Source of the DNA: a virus
Lineage: Duplodnaviria > Caudoviricetes
Virus record (IMG/VR): IMGVR_UViG_3300021426_000005
Length of the DNA stretch: 64,000 nt
Reading direction: 5' to 3' (one strand)
Part shown: piece by piece, positions 19,291-28,797 of the stretch
Layout: the number at the start of each line of letters is the position of its first letter
Numbering within the stretch: the stretch's first letter is position 1
Program-made: the position numbers and the translations under genes
The notes under the pieces: generated by a model
The model's input: only the letters and a program-made list of their open reading frames with translations
The model's database searches: none
What the model was told of the DNA's origin: nothing

Positions 19291-19795
19291 TAAATTCCTT
19301 GAAGTAAGCTAAGGTCATGAGCATCAAGGCTTCCCCTTCTATATACAACGACCCATATCCCCCACACTTCATAATAGCATGATTTTTAGCATGACTGAAT
19401 GAAAAGGATTTTGCAGATTCTCTTAGCTGACAATTTAGTTCTGTGTCAGGAAGATCTTCATACTTCGGCTTACGAATAATAGCATATGTGTCCGGAATCT
19501 TCTGGGATCCGTTATCTACAAATAACACAGGTTTACGCATCTTAGAATCGGCTTCATTGGATAGCTTCTTCCAAACAGACTTACTTATAGTTATCTTATC
19601 TCGGATTTCGGTATGTGTTTTACATTCACACAACCAAGTTGTTGATTGTACATCACCCGGATTAAATGGTCTTGCTCCACTGGCAGATACCACCGACCAC
19701 CCAAGGTGATCGGCGATTCTGCTTTCCTGCAAAGAGCTATAATACTTAGTCGGCTTCTTCTGATTCATCCTTATCAGCTCCGTTAATATCATCAA
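19265..19795 (-). CDS. Holliday junction resolvase-like PD-(D/E)xK nuclease
   Basis: QESRIA..SGA..PGDV..LCECKT; downstream of recA. Confidence 0.75.
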   Translation of the reverse strand: MMILTELIRMNQKKPTKYYSSLQESRIADHLGWSVVSASGARPFNPGDVQSTTWLCECKTHTEIRDKITISKSVWKKLSNEADSKMRKPVLFVDNGSQKIPDTYAIIRKPKYEDLPDTELNCQLRESAKSFSFSHAKNHAIMKCGGYGSLYIEGEALMLMTLAYFKEFIDRRSEDA

Positions 19796-20912
19796 GAATA
19801 AACTTCTTCAGCTTAGTATAGTATTCAGCATTGGCATTTAGGTAGTCATATACCTTACCTAAGCCATTTACCTTGATAGGCTTTCCGGTCTCAGCATTCA
19901 TGAGGACTTCCCCGGTTTCGGGATCAACGAAACCATACCAACCAGCAGACTTCTTGATAAGATTATACTTATTGATAGCAAGTGTAGCATAGTCAAAATC
20001 GGGTCTGATACCACTCTGGAACATAAGATAGTATGTACCCAGCTTTCTGTCATTGGGTGCTGTTTTCTGCTTTGTAAGAGTAGCATGAATAAGACAACCA
20101 GCTGGATTTTCAGTGTTCTGAGGAAGTTCATTTCCCAGGTAATCTACAGGCTTACCCTTTCGCATATATAGTCTCAAAGATGAAAAGAATTTATTCGCTT
20201 TGCCACCAGGAGTATTGACCACATAAGGATTGTCCAGATTATCTCTAATCTGGTTTATAGTTACCAAGGTGCACCTATATCTTGCAAGCAGAGGTACCAC
20301 AAGCGTGTCGAAGTTGGTGATGATACCGGCAAGTGCAGCTACAGTCCGTTCTCCTACTTTCTTCTCAAGTACAGATTTCGGAATAATTGCAGGTATTGAA
20401 TCTAGAACTACCATTCCAACTTCCCCAGTCGCAATCAAATCCCTTACTGTCTGCAAAATATCCTCACCCATAACATTTGGGGGCTGCATTACATCCAGCT
20501 TTGAAAGATCAACCCCAAGGGTTTCAGCCCACTTCACATCAAAAGAATGTTCAAGATCTACATAGAGAACTTTCTTTGGTCCCAGCTCTTGCAATTCTTC
20601 CAATTCATCTTCGGCATCATGATCTCCGGAAGATAATTTCTGCTGAAGCTGTTCGATTTTTTCATTATACTCAGCTTCAAACAGCTGATAGGCATTCTTA
20701 CAAAGGTCTAATGAAGTTGTGGTCTTTCCACTACCATTATCACCGTATATTTCAATAATACGATTTCTTGGTATACCACCGTAGGTAAACCAATTCATGA
20801 GTGGAGAAGAAAATGGAATCCTTTCACCAACCACTTCATATACTGAGTTCATGAGATTTTTGCAATCCCACTCCTTTGCCTTCTTCTTGAGAATATCTGC
20901 ATAGCTCATCAA
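19746..20912 (-). CDS. recA: RecA/UvsX recombinase
   Basis: GGIPRNRIIEIYGDNGSGKTT, YVDLEH, VVLDSI, INQIR, TPGG. Confidence 0.95.
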   Translation of the reverse strand: MMSYADILKKKAKEWDCKNLMNSVYEVVGERIPFSSPLMNWFTYGGIPRNRIIEIYGDNGSGKTTTSLDLCKNAYQLFEAEYNEKIEQLQQKLSSGDHDAEDELEELQELGPKKVLYVDLEHSFDVKWAETLGVDLSKLDVMQPPNVMGEDILQTVRDLIATGEVGMVVLDSIPAIIPKSVLEKKVGERTVAALAGIITNFDTLVVPLLARYRCTLVTINQIRDNLDNPYVVNTPGGKANKFFSSLRLYMRKGKPVDYLGNELPQNTENPAGCLIHATLTKQKTAPNDRKLGTYYLMFQSGIRPDFDYATLAINKYNLIKKSAGWYGFVDPETGEVLMNAETGKPIKVNGLGKVYDYLNANAEYYTKLKKFILDDINGADKDESEEAD

Positions 20913-21430
20913 TAGCCACCCCCATATATAGGTGTTTTCTTATTGGGATCAATAGGTGCTACTGGATTGCTTTGCTCAGATCTTCTCCGGGCATCCCACA
21001 CCTTTTTCGCACCCATAATCAGTTCTCTGGAAAATGATATTTCACTTTCTATCCTATCTAGTAGCCCTTGATATGAAACAAGAAAAATCTTATCCTCTAT
21101 GGTAGACATACTTGCTTCTTCTTTCTTTGCTGCCGCTGATTTCTCCGTAGAATTTTTCAGGGCTTCATGTTCCAGTTGCTTTACACGAAGTTTTCCAACT
21201 TCGGCAGCTGTACGGAGATCACTGACCTTACCGCTGACATCGAATAAGGTCAAAGGTAATGATATGAGAATCCAATTGAGCTCGTCATCGGTTATTGGTC
21301 GTGCTTTTGACTTCAACCTATCGAACAGTTCTCTGGTCTCCCGGAAATATGGTGCGAATTCTCTATCATAATAATCGTGACAGAATTGATTGACTTCTGA
21401 CACATAATCCGGCATTTTCACAGCAATCAC
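20909..21430 (-). CDS. coiled-coil protein, possible UvsY-like recombination mediator
   Basis: Helical 173 aa directly upstream of recA; positional. Confidence 0.4.
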   Translation of the reverse strand: MIAVKMPDYVSEVNQFCHDYYDREFAPYFRETRELFDRLKSKARPITDDELNWILISLPLTLFDVSGKVSDLRTAAEVGKLRVKQLEHEALKNSTEKSAAAKKEEASMSTIEDKIFLVSYQGLLDRIESEISFSRELIMGAKKVWDARRRSEQSNPVAPIDPNKKTPIYGGGY

Positions 21431-21431
21431 C

Positions 21432-22484
21432 TCACTTTGTTACGGTACACAGCCGGGTCAGCACTACCTCTTGTAGATAATTAGTGGATCTAAGATCCTG
21501 ATTGATCTGCAAAAGAATATTGGCCAGCTTCAAACACACGTTGAAATGTTTTATATTATACTTTGACAGCTTATCTTCATAATGAGCTGGAATTGTGGTT
21601 CTGTTGATATCATGAAGCATAATGTACTTCACAATGTTCATCACAAAGGAATGGAAATCCTCAAACCACTTAATGAAGTTCTTTCCTGAGTTGTAAACCT
21701 GATCTACTGTCTGTGTGATTGACTCGTTATCACGCTTTGCTATAGCGGATAACAGAGCGAAATAATCATCATAGTTTGACAGCCCCAAGGCTTCCGATAC
21801 TGTAGTTGAAGTAACTTCTTTAGAGTATATCAAAACCTTATCAAGCAAGGTCAGTGCATCACGCATACCGCCATTGGCTAACTTAGCTAAGAATCCAACG
21901 CCGGTATCATCATACTTGATATTAGCACCTTCTGCATTTTCCATATCGATAACTGCCTTGATCCTCGATGTGATACCAGAAAGGCTTATCTTTGAAAGCT
22001 GAAACTGCTGAACCCTAGAAGTAATAGTCTTGGGAATTTTCTCAGGATTTGTGGTACATAAAAAGAAGCAAGTTCTTGCTGGACCTTCTTCCAAGGTTTT
22101 GAGTAGGACACCCCATGCCTGGGAGGACAACGCGTGACACTCATCTATAATTAAAATTTTGAACTTACCAACCAGAGGATAAGTCTTAGCCTGTGCAACA
22201 ATGTCTCTCATCGAATCAGCTCCACTGTTTGAAGCGGCATCTAATTCAATGATCTCACCTTCACCATTATTAAGTTTGTTACCCATCATCCTCGATAGAC
22301 TCGTCTTTCCGCAGCCAGCGGGACCGGTAAGCAAAAAGTTCCTATTGGATATTTCCTTAGCTTCACAGATACTTTTCAGTATCTGTACTGTAAGGCTCTG
22401 TTCGACCATATCTTCCCATTCTTTAGGTCTATACTTAGTAGCTAATGACATTTCACCACTCCTGACATTTGAGCCGATACTCAC
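21432..22484 (-). CDS. dnaX: clamp loader gamma/tau-like subunit
   Basis: LATKYRP, GPAGCGKT, ELDAASN, IIDECH, LLKTLEE, GGMRDALTLLD. Confidence 0.93.
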   Translation of the reverse strand: MSIGSNVRSGEMSLATKYRPKEWEDMVEQSLTVQILKSICEAKEISNRNFLLTGPAGCGKTSLSRMMGNKLNNGEGEIIELDAASNSGADSMRDIVAQAKTYPLVGKFKILIIDECHALSSQAWGVLLKTLEEGPARTCFFLCTTNPEKIPKTITSRVQQFQLSKISLSGITSRIKAVIDMENAEGANIKYDDTGVGFLAKLANGGMRDALTLLDKVLIYSKEVTSTTVSEALGLSNYDDYFALLSAIAKRDNESITQTVDQVYNSGKNFIKWFEDFHSFVMNIVKYIMLHDINRTTIPAHYEDKLSKYNIKHFNVCLKLANILLQINQDLRSTNYLQEVVLTRLCTVTK

Positions 22485-23217
22485 AGTTCCGGCACATATA
22501 ATCTGTAGCTGGCAGCCTTTCTGGAGCTATGCTCTTTTCAGCACAATCCTGAACATATTCCATATCCGACTTCACTTGTTGCATTTCCGGAAGGGATATG
22601 GTAGATTCATAACACTTCAGTCCACCGTATTGCCGATCTACATACAGGGTGAGTACCTTAGAGATATTCAGTATAGTGCTGTAAGTCCTTATCTGATCTT
22701 TATGATGTTGCTTTGTTTCCACAAGAGAATCCCAGCTACTATATTCAGAACTCTTGATTTCAAGCAAATAGTGATTTCCAGATAGCTTTAATATTCCATC
22801 ACAAGCAAACTTCATAGGTGGATTTTTGATACTCACCAAGGTTTCGTATCCCTTTTTAGATAGAGAATATTCATAGGGGATCGGATTTTCTTTTAAGTAG
22901 TCTTCTACAGATACCCAGTCAGCACCTAATGCTGTAGATAATGTTTCTTGCACAAGCTCATGAATAGCTGTGCCGATTTTTGCCGTGAAATCCAGCACAA
23001 GATCTGGATTAGATAGAAAATCCGGCTGTGTACCCCTCAACCGAAACCAGGATTTGCGCTTACATCGAATCGAAGAGGGGGCAAATGTGCAAGAACTTGG
23101 TCTTGCACATTCACTCTGAATTCTCTGCTGAGTAGCGGTTTCGTATATGGATATCAGCTTGTTGCTTGCATCGGAATTGAATTTTGCTAAATGGGCGAAA
23201 TCAATCTCACGAAACAT
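22453..23217 (-). CDS. Cas4-like PD-(D/E)xK exonuclease with Fe-S cysteines
   Basis: PSSIRC, GTAIHE, CDG..EIKS, Q..Y, CRNCEYRLKC. Confidence 0.85.
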   Translation of the reverse strand: MFREIDFAHLAKFNSDASNKLISIYETATQQRIQSECARPSSCTFAPSSIRCKRKSWFRLRGTQPDFLSNPDLVLDFTAKIGTAIHELVQETLSTALGADWVSVEDYLKENPIPYEYSLSKKGYETLVSIKNPPMKFACDGILKLSGNHYLLEIKSSEYSSWDSLVETKQHHKDQIRTYSTILNISKVLTLYVDRQYGGLKCYESTISLPEMQQVKSDMEYVQDCAEKSIAPERLPATDYMCRNCEYRLKCQEW

Positions 23218-24331
23218 CTACATCATCTACCTTGCTGCCAAGAACAGTTGTAAAGCTATCACCCACGATTGTGATACCTACAATCGCACCCTCAGAAACT
23301 GATGGGTATACGGTGATCTTGTTATCAGGAGACTTATTGATTACTGACTTAAAAATAGTCAGATCGAATGTCAGGCTGTAAGGTTCAGATACTTCACCTT
23401 CGGCAGCAATAGTAGAATCTACATTACTATCCTTGATCCGAAGTTCGTTAGTCTTAACTTCCACACCGATTTCAGGTTCAACTGCGGAAGTCAGTAGGGT
23501 AGCCTGATTCAATGCAGCGTTCAGCTCACCGATCTCAAGGGTTACACCATCAGCATCATTACCGGTCATTAGTCCGAGGATTACTTCGTGGGGATACGCA
23601 GATACAGTAGCTTCATCCGTTACGAATTCAAGCTGTGCGTAATAGTCATAGCTGTCAGCCTTTACTACTACGGTGTAAACATCACCTATCACGAACTTAG
23701 CGTCCGCAGGCATTGTAGCCATAAGGTTTACGATGAATGAAGACACAAGGCAATTCTTATCCAGCTGACCATTCTTGCTGGTATTAAACAGCGAATGCAC
23801 ATAATCTCCGGAAATAACATCAGAATCTTCGCCGAAGAAGAAATATGTATATACAGGAGATGGTTTAGTTACTTTGGAAAGAGCATAAGCCTGGTGATCC
23901 TTAACATACTTCCAACCGGCCACATCTACATTATCAGCTGATTCAATAGCTTCTGCGGAAGGAACTACCGGAGCAGCAAGTGACATACCATCCCAGTTAT
24001 CATCACGTTCTACAGAAAGAGTTGTCTTTCCAGCCTTGATTTTCAGACAATTCTCTTCAAAACAAAGAGTAACCTGAGCAGCACTGATTGAGTTGATAAG
24101 TGACTTAAAAAGATTGATATCAGCAAGGAAAGAAGCTGATTCATCAGTCCCTGTACCATGAAGCCTAACCTCGGCCTTGATGCCGGTAGACTGGGTATTC
24201 AGCTTCAGCATAGTCTTATCAGCTGTAAGCTCGATGATCATACTTCTGGGATTAGCATTTGTAATATTACCACCGATAACAGACATTGATACTGCCTGCT
24301 TCAATGGCTTCGTACTCAGTGTAAATTCCAT
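23207..24331 (-). CDS. dnaN: sliding clamp, beta-subunit-like (divergent)
   Basis: 374 aa, beta-clamp-like N-terminus and three-domain pattern; between polA and dnaX. Confidence 0.7.
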   Translation of the reverse strand: MEFTLSTKPLKQAVSMSVIGGNITNANPRSMIIELTADKTMLKLNTQSTGIKAEVRLHGTGTDESASFLADINLFKSLINSISAAQVTLCFEENCLKIKAGKTTLSVERDDNWDGMSLAAPVVPSAEAIESADNVDVAGWKYVKDHQAYALSKVTKPSPVYTYFFFGEDSDVISGDYVHSLFNTSKNGQLDKNCLVSSFIVNLMATMPADAKFVIGDVYTVVVKADSYDYYAQLEFVTDEATVSAYPHEVILGLMTGNDADGVTLEIGELNAALNQATLLTSAVEPEIGVEVKTNELRIKDSNVDSTIAAEGEVSEPYSLTFDLTIFKSVINKSPDNKITVYPSVSEGAIVGITIVGDSFTTVLGSKVDDVDVS

Positions 24332-24342
24332 AAAAACACTCC

Positions 24343-26919
24343 TTATTTTTGATTTGGTGCAAAACCTGTGTGTACTTTGGTTTTGATATGATAGAGAAAA
24401 TCACTTCTCGGTATACTATAACGATTACAGTAATCAGCAATATGCGATTTATAATCCTCTGTCACAATACCATTGACACCGAGGGCTTCATCACCTTCTG
24501 GCTTGCTACCGTCCGGATTCTTGAATACTGGAAGATCATATCCTACTTCAAATAGATGATACTGTATATACTTAACCTCATCAGGATCTTCTGTATCAAC
24601 ATTGTCGGTTTCCTTGTATGGACAAGGATATTCAAGTCCATACCAGCGGTATGAAGTAGTTACATCACACTTAATAGTGAATGGGAGAAAACTTGCAGCT
24701 TCGCACATTAGTTGTGAAAGTCGTTCCCCACCTTCTTTCCAGTGTTCGATTGGAACTTCACCTACAAGCTCATCATGTATTTGTAGAATAACCCTGCCAC
24801 CAAGTTCATTCCATATAGGGTCGTTTTCTACCTCTATCATAGCTAACTTTGTAAGATCAGCCGCTGATCCCTGCACACAGGAATTTACACATTGCCTAGA
24901 TGCTTCTGAAATCTTATGACTGTTATTGATAACCTTAATATGATAATTTTCTGCAAGTTCCTTTATGCGCTTCGCTTTCTGACCGAAATACTTATAGGAA
25001 GTAAGCTCTTTATAGAGCTTATCCTGTATTCGTTTAGGTATTCCGTCATTCCCAGTAAAAGTGGAAGGATCCAAAGGATCTATATCTGGATTTACATATC
25101 CAGGCATAGGCTGAAATTCAAACTCCGGAAGCATCATATCTGGGATATGTCTTCTACGACCAAGTATAGTTTCCACATAACCCTTATCATGTGCCATTTT
25201 CTGACTACTTATCATAAATCGCCGTAATGCGGGGAAAGCATTAAGAACCGAATCATATACGAACTGAGCTTGCTTTACTTTCTTTTCATCATCCCAATCT
25301 TCATGACTATATAGCTGATCTGCGATTGAAGGAATAGATCTACCATAAAGCACGCCCAATACGATTGATTTTGCTGAAGTTCGTCTGGCTTTTCCATCAG
25401 GGTTATATTCACCTGTCGGTGTAAACTCCTTACATTCTTCATAAGTCTTATTAAAGGCAATACTTGCTATAAAAGAATATATATCCTTATTTTCCTGGAA
25501 TGCCTTTATCATATCAGGATCTTGAGATATGAATGCGGTTAATTTTGGTTCCTGCTGACTGTAATCTGATGACAGCATAATATATCCAGGCGTGGCTCTA
25601 AACATATGACGAATATCGTTCGATTTGGATGGGATATTCTGCATATTTGGATCCGAAGAACTAAGACGACCGGTTCTTGCCCCTAGCTGCTTGAAGGTAC
25701 AATGTATTCTACTATCATCAGTAGTACCGTCAGGTAACTTATCGACAAAAGTACCAATCAATGTTACAAGACTTCTGCATTTCAGTATCTGTGCAATCAA
25801 AGGGTGATTATATGTACTGAGAACAGACTTGTCTGTGCTATTGGTCTTACCATTACCAAGTCTCAACCAGTCATAACAAAGCCATTTTACATGAGGTGTG
25901 CTGTTAGGGTTGAAATCTTTTGCGGTTTTGAATGGTCTTTTACTTGTTGAAAAATACTTTGGATCATTCAGAACGGCATCTAACAGCGAATACATCTTTT
26001 TATACTCAGCATCAAGGAGACCATGATACTTTGTACGAAGCATAGCGGCTACTGATTTTTCAAGATATATCCCTCGTCTGTGCATCAGCTGACATATCTT
26101 TGTCAGAGGAAATTCAACTCCCCATACAAGATCTGCTATTGCTTCAAAATGATGCTTCTGACACTTAGGATTATCTTTTTTGAGATATGGTAGCTGCCAC
26201 ATACACAATTCATAGGTATACTTGGCATCAGCTGCCGCATACAATTTAGCGACTTGTGGGTTACAGTATGGGAACAGATCTGCGGTGAAGAAATCGCTGA
26301 ACTTCATTCTATCCATCTGACCTTTAAGCGGATACTTAGTATAAAGACCTTTAAGAGAATTATCCTTTTCATCTTCTTTGATACAGCGCCATGCGATAAT
26401 AACGTCATACCAGAATACCGGTAACAGATCTACCTTTAGATCTTTGAATATCATAGCTAAGTCGAAGTCTGCATTTGCGAATATCAGCTTGATATTGCTA
26501 TCCGCTAATCTCTGCAATTCAACAGCTACTTGTTCGTAGGTAAGCTGATCCTTGTAAGGTTCATCAAATAAAGGTACGATATGCTTTATCGGGATATATA
26601 CTTCTACACCACCAGGATAGTATAAAGAAACGCCAACAATGGTATCCTTTATTTTATCCAGTCCAGTAGTCTCGGTATCAATTGCACCGATACCGGCTTT
26701 TAGCATCTTAGATATATAATCATGTAATGCATCCGGTGCAGTTATCAGTTCTGCCTTTGAATCTTTGAAGTGTTCAACTACCTTTGCAGAAATCTCATTG
26801 ATCTTAGCAGACAGATTCTTAGCATTGACCTTGGTTTTGGGTGGTGGCTCTTCTAGCTGCTTGCTCTTTTCAGCAGAGGCCATTATCTGAGCCATTTGGA
26901 CTTTGCTGAATAGCCCCAT
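24343..26919 (-). CDS. polA: family A DNA polymerase with 3'-5' exonuclease
   Basis: DTETTG, NADFD, TGRLSSSDPNMQNIP, motif A DYSQQEP, motif B RTSAKSIVLGVLYG, motif C QIHDEL. Confidence 0.96.
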   Translation of the reverse strand: MGLFSKVQMAQIMASAEKSKQLEEPPPKTKVNAKNLSAKINEISAKVVEHFKDSKAELITAPDALHDYISKMLKAGIGAIDTETTGLDKIKDTIVGVSLYYPGGVEVYIPIKHIVPLFDEPYKDQLTYEQVAVELQRLADSNIKLIFANADFDLAMIFKDLKVDLLPVFWYDVIIAWRCIKEDEKDNSLKGLYTKYPLKGQMDRMKFSDFFTADLFPYCNPQVAKLYAAADAKYTYELCMWQLPYLKKDNPKCQKHHFEAIADLVWGVEFPLTKICQLMHRRGIYLEKSVAAMLRTKYHGLLDAEYKKMYSLLDAVLNDPKYFSTSKRPFKTAKDFNPNSTPHVKWLCYDWLRLGNGKTNSTDKSVLSTYNHPLIAQILKCRSLVTLIGTFVDKLPDGTTDDSRIHCTFKQLGARTGRLSSSDPNMQNIPSKSNDIRHMFRATPGYIMLSSDYSQQEPKLTAFISQDPDMIKAFQENKDIYSFIASIAFNKTYEECKEFTPTGEYNPDGKARRTSAKSIVLGVLYGRSIPSIADQLYSHEDWDDEKKVKQAQFVYDSVLNAFPALRRFMISSQKMAHDKGYVETILGRRRHIPDMMLPEFEFQPMPGYVNPDIDPLDPSTFTGNDGIPKRIQDKLYKELTSYKYFGQKAKRIKELAENYHIKVINNSHKISEASRQCVNSCVQGSAADLTKLAMIEVENDPIWNELGGRVILQIHDELVGEVPIEHWKEGGERLSQLMCEAASFLPFTIKCDVTTSYRWYGLEYPCPYKETDNVDTEDPDEVKYIQYHLFEVGYDLPVFKNPDGSKPEGDEALGVNGIVTEDYKSHIADYCNRYSIPRSDFLYHIKTKVHTGFAPNQK
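24417..24426 (-). promoter_or_regulatory. class I promoter word inside polA 3' end, upstream of dnaN
   Basis: Exact AATCGTTATA about 85 bp before dnaN start. Confidence 0.65.
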
Positions 26920-26949
26920 ATGAACATCACTCCTTACCGTAGATTAGAA

Positions 26950-26979
26950 TAGCCTGCCGTACTTGTATACAGCAGGCTA
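26950..26979 (-). terminator. hairpin between ssb and polA
   Basis: TAGCCTGC/GCAGGCTA stem; weak U-tract. Confidence 0.6.
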
Positions 26980-26988
26980 AACCGAAAA

Positions 26989-27690
26989 TTAGTCGAAATC
27001 GGGTGCTTCTTCGATTTCTTCCAGAGCATCATCAGCCGACACAAGAACGTCTACACCGTTGAGATCCGGACCCCCAGTAGTGTCCACTGTCACCCTTGGT
27101 GCAGGTGTGTAGTCAGGAAGTGTAGACAGGTTTTCAGCACTTGCAGAATTGAGCCAGCTGTTCATTACAGTGGCATCAGCTGACTTACAGATCATTTCAT
27201 AGGCATCAGGCATCTTAGTGTTTACACTAGCAAGGATCTCATCATAGCTCATATGATTGCTTCCTACCAGCGTAAAACTGTAAGTAGTATTGATGTCATG
27301 ATAAGCACCGTTCCTTGTGATACGGTAAACATACTCCGAAGGATTAGCGATCGAATTGAATACCTGAGCATTGAGCTGCGGTTCAAACTTCATTGTTCTG
27401 TCCCAGAACAATAATTGATTGACCGGCTTACCTCCGATGTTCTGAACATACATCGGTACAAACAGCTTTGTCTGAGTTCTGATACCTCTTGCACAGGCAG
27501 GGCAGCCAGCGCCAAGGCAATGAGCATATCCGTTGTACGCATTACTCTTGATGTAATGTACATCCGCAACCAGCACGTCCTTTGTGCTGCGATAAAGCAG
27601 TATTACATCAGCATAGTCCTTATCATTCTGAAGGACAAATTTACCTTCATACTTCTCTTCTCTTACTTCCTCTGCGGTTCTAAATCCCAT
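26989..27690 (-). CDS. gp32-like single-stranded DNA-binding protein
   Basis: H..C..CPAC Zn site, YRITRNG..TTY, acidic C-terminal tail. Confidence 0.8.
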   Translation of the reverse strand: MGFRTAEEVREEKYEGKFVLQNDKDYADVILLYRSTKDVLVADVHYIKSNAYNGYAHCLGAGCPACARGIRTQTKLFVPMYVQNIGGKPVNQLLFWDRTMKFEPQLNAQVFNSIANPSEYVYRITRNGAYHDINTTYSFTLVGSNHMSYDEILASVNTKMPDAYEMICKSADATVMNSWLNSASAENLSTLPDYTPAPRVTVDTTGGPDLNGVDVLVSADDALEEIEEAPDFD

Positions 27691-27754
27691 AAAATCAACT
27701 CCTTATTTTGATATGATATATAAACAGCGCAAGGGATCGGCGCTATCCACCTAT

Positions 27755-27764
27755 AATAACGATT
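27755..27764 (-). promoter_or_regulatory. class I promoter word AATCGTTATT
   Basis: Upstream of ssb. Confidence 0.7.
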
Positions 27765-27784
27765 GCCCTAATCTAAATATTTTA

Positions 27785-28783
27785 CTATTCCAAGTCTAGA
27801 GCATTAAACTCTTCTTCGGTAAGATCATTGATGTCTTTCCCCAAGGGAATACCAGTAAACTGCCATACAATAGCTACGTTGTGTAGTGCCTTTTTGAGCT
27901 TTACTGTAGCTTTCTGTCCGGCCTCATCTGGATCAAAACCTAAGATGAATTCCTTGACACCAAGCTCTTTAAGCTGCTGTATCTGATATGAATTACCAGT
28001 ACCAAGCAAAGCAACTGCGGGTCTACCATATCTCCATGATGTCAAAGCATTGAAACAACTTTCGCATATGACTACAGACTTAATATCCTTTGGCAATTCA
28101 TATAAACCGTACACAGGCTTAGTTACACCTTGAGGGTAGTTAAACAATTTTCCTTGTATAGATCTTCTACAGAAGAATAGTGTCTTTCCAGATCTATCCC
28201 TAACTGGAAATGTTATACACGGAACTGGCTTTTTTCGACCCGGAGGTATCCAGTTTGCATCATATCCTATATCAAACTTTATGATCAGTTCATCAGTCAG
28301 CTTTCGTTCATACATATACGGTACCGTAAATCTATACTTGGCAAGCTCTTCCTCAGTCACATAAGGTATCTGAGCAGATTTGAAACTTGAAATATAATCT
28401 ACGGCATAGCGATTGATCAACCCTTCAAACATACCAGAGGGTAGGAGCATATCGGCTTCACCAGCTTCATACTCATACCCTGGTATATTCTCGGTCAGCC
28501 ATTCAACAGCACTTTTTTCGATATGATGAATTTTCAGAAGTTCATTGACTGTCTGTTCTATAGGCTTTGCAAATCCACATGAGAAGCAGTGCGTAAATCC
28601 AGCCGGATATAATCTTCCACCACGCATTTCATCTGTAAGAAGTACACCACATGAGGGCTTCTTTTCATTACCGTCATTGTGAAACGGGCAGTAGATTTGC
28701 ATATAGTTACCTACTTGCTTACTCTGTCTCAATAAGCCGAATGCTTCCAGTTTATCAAGAATGATCGGCATATCCAGAGCCAT
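27785..28783 (-). CDS. dnaG: DNA primase (CHC2 Zn finger + TOPRIM)
   Basis: CPFH..HCFSCG; ICES, FDPDEAG, KDIND. Confidence 0.92.
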   Translation of the reverse strand: MALDMPIILDKLEAFGLLRQSKQVGNYMQIYCPFHNDGNEKKPSCGVLLTDEMRGGRLYPAGFTHCFSCGFAKPIEQTVNELLKIHHIEKSAVEWLTENIPGYEYEAGEADMLLPSGMFEGLINRYAVDYISSFKSAQIPYVTEEELAKYRFTVPYMYERKLTDELIIKFDIGYDANWIPPGRKKPVPCITFPVRDRSGKTLFFCRRSIQGKLFNYPQGVTKPVYGLYELPKDIKSVVICESCFNALTSWRYGRPAVALLGTGNSYQIQQLKELGVKEFILGFDPDEAGQKATVKLKKALHNVAIVWQFTGIPLGKDINDLTEEEFNALDLE

Positions 28784-28797
28784 TACATCACCACCTA

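Noticed and set aside
22453-23217. Cas4-like gene as part of a CRISPR system
   Set aside because: No repeat-spacer array or other cas genes seen; solo Cas4-like nucleases are common in phage replication blocks.
24900-25160. Intein or intron in polA insertion
   Set aside because: Too short, in frame, no Cys/Ser start or His-Asn end, no homing endonuclease motifs.
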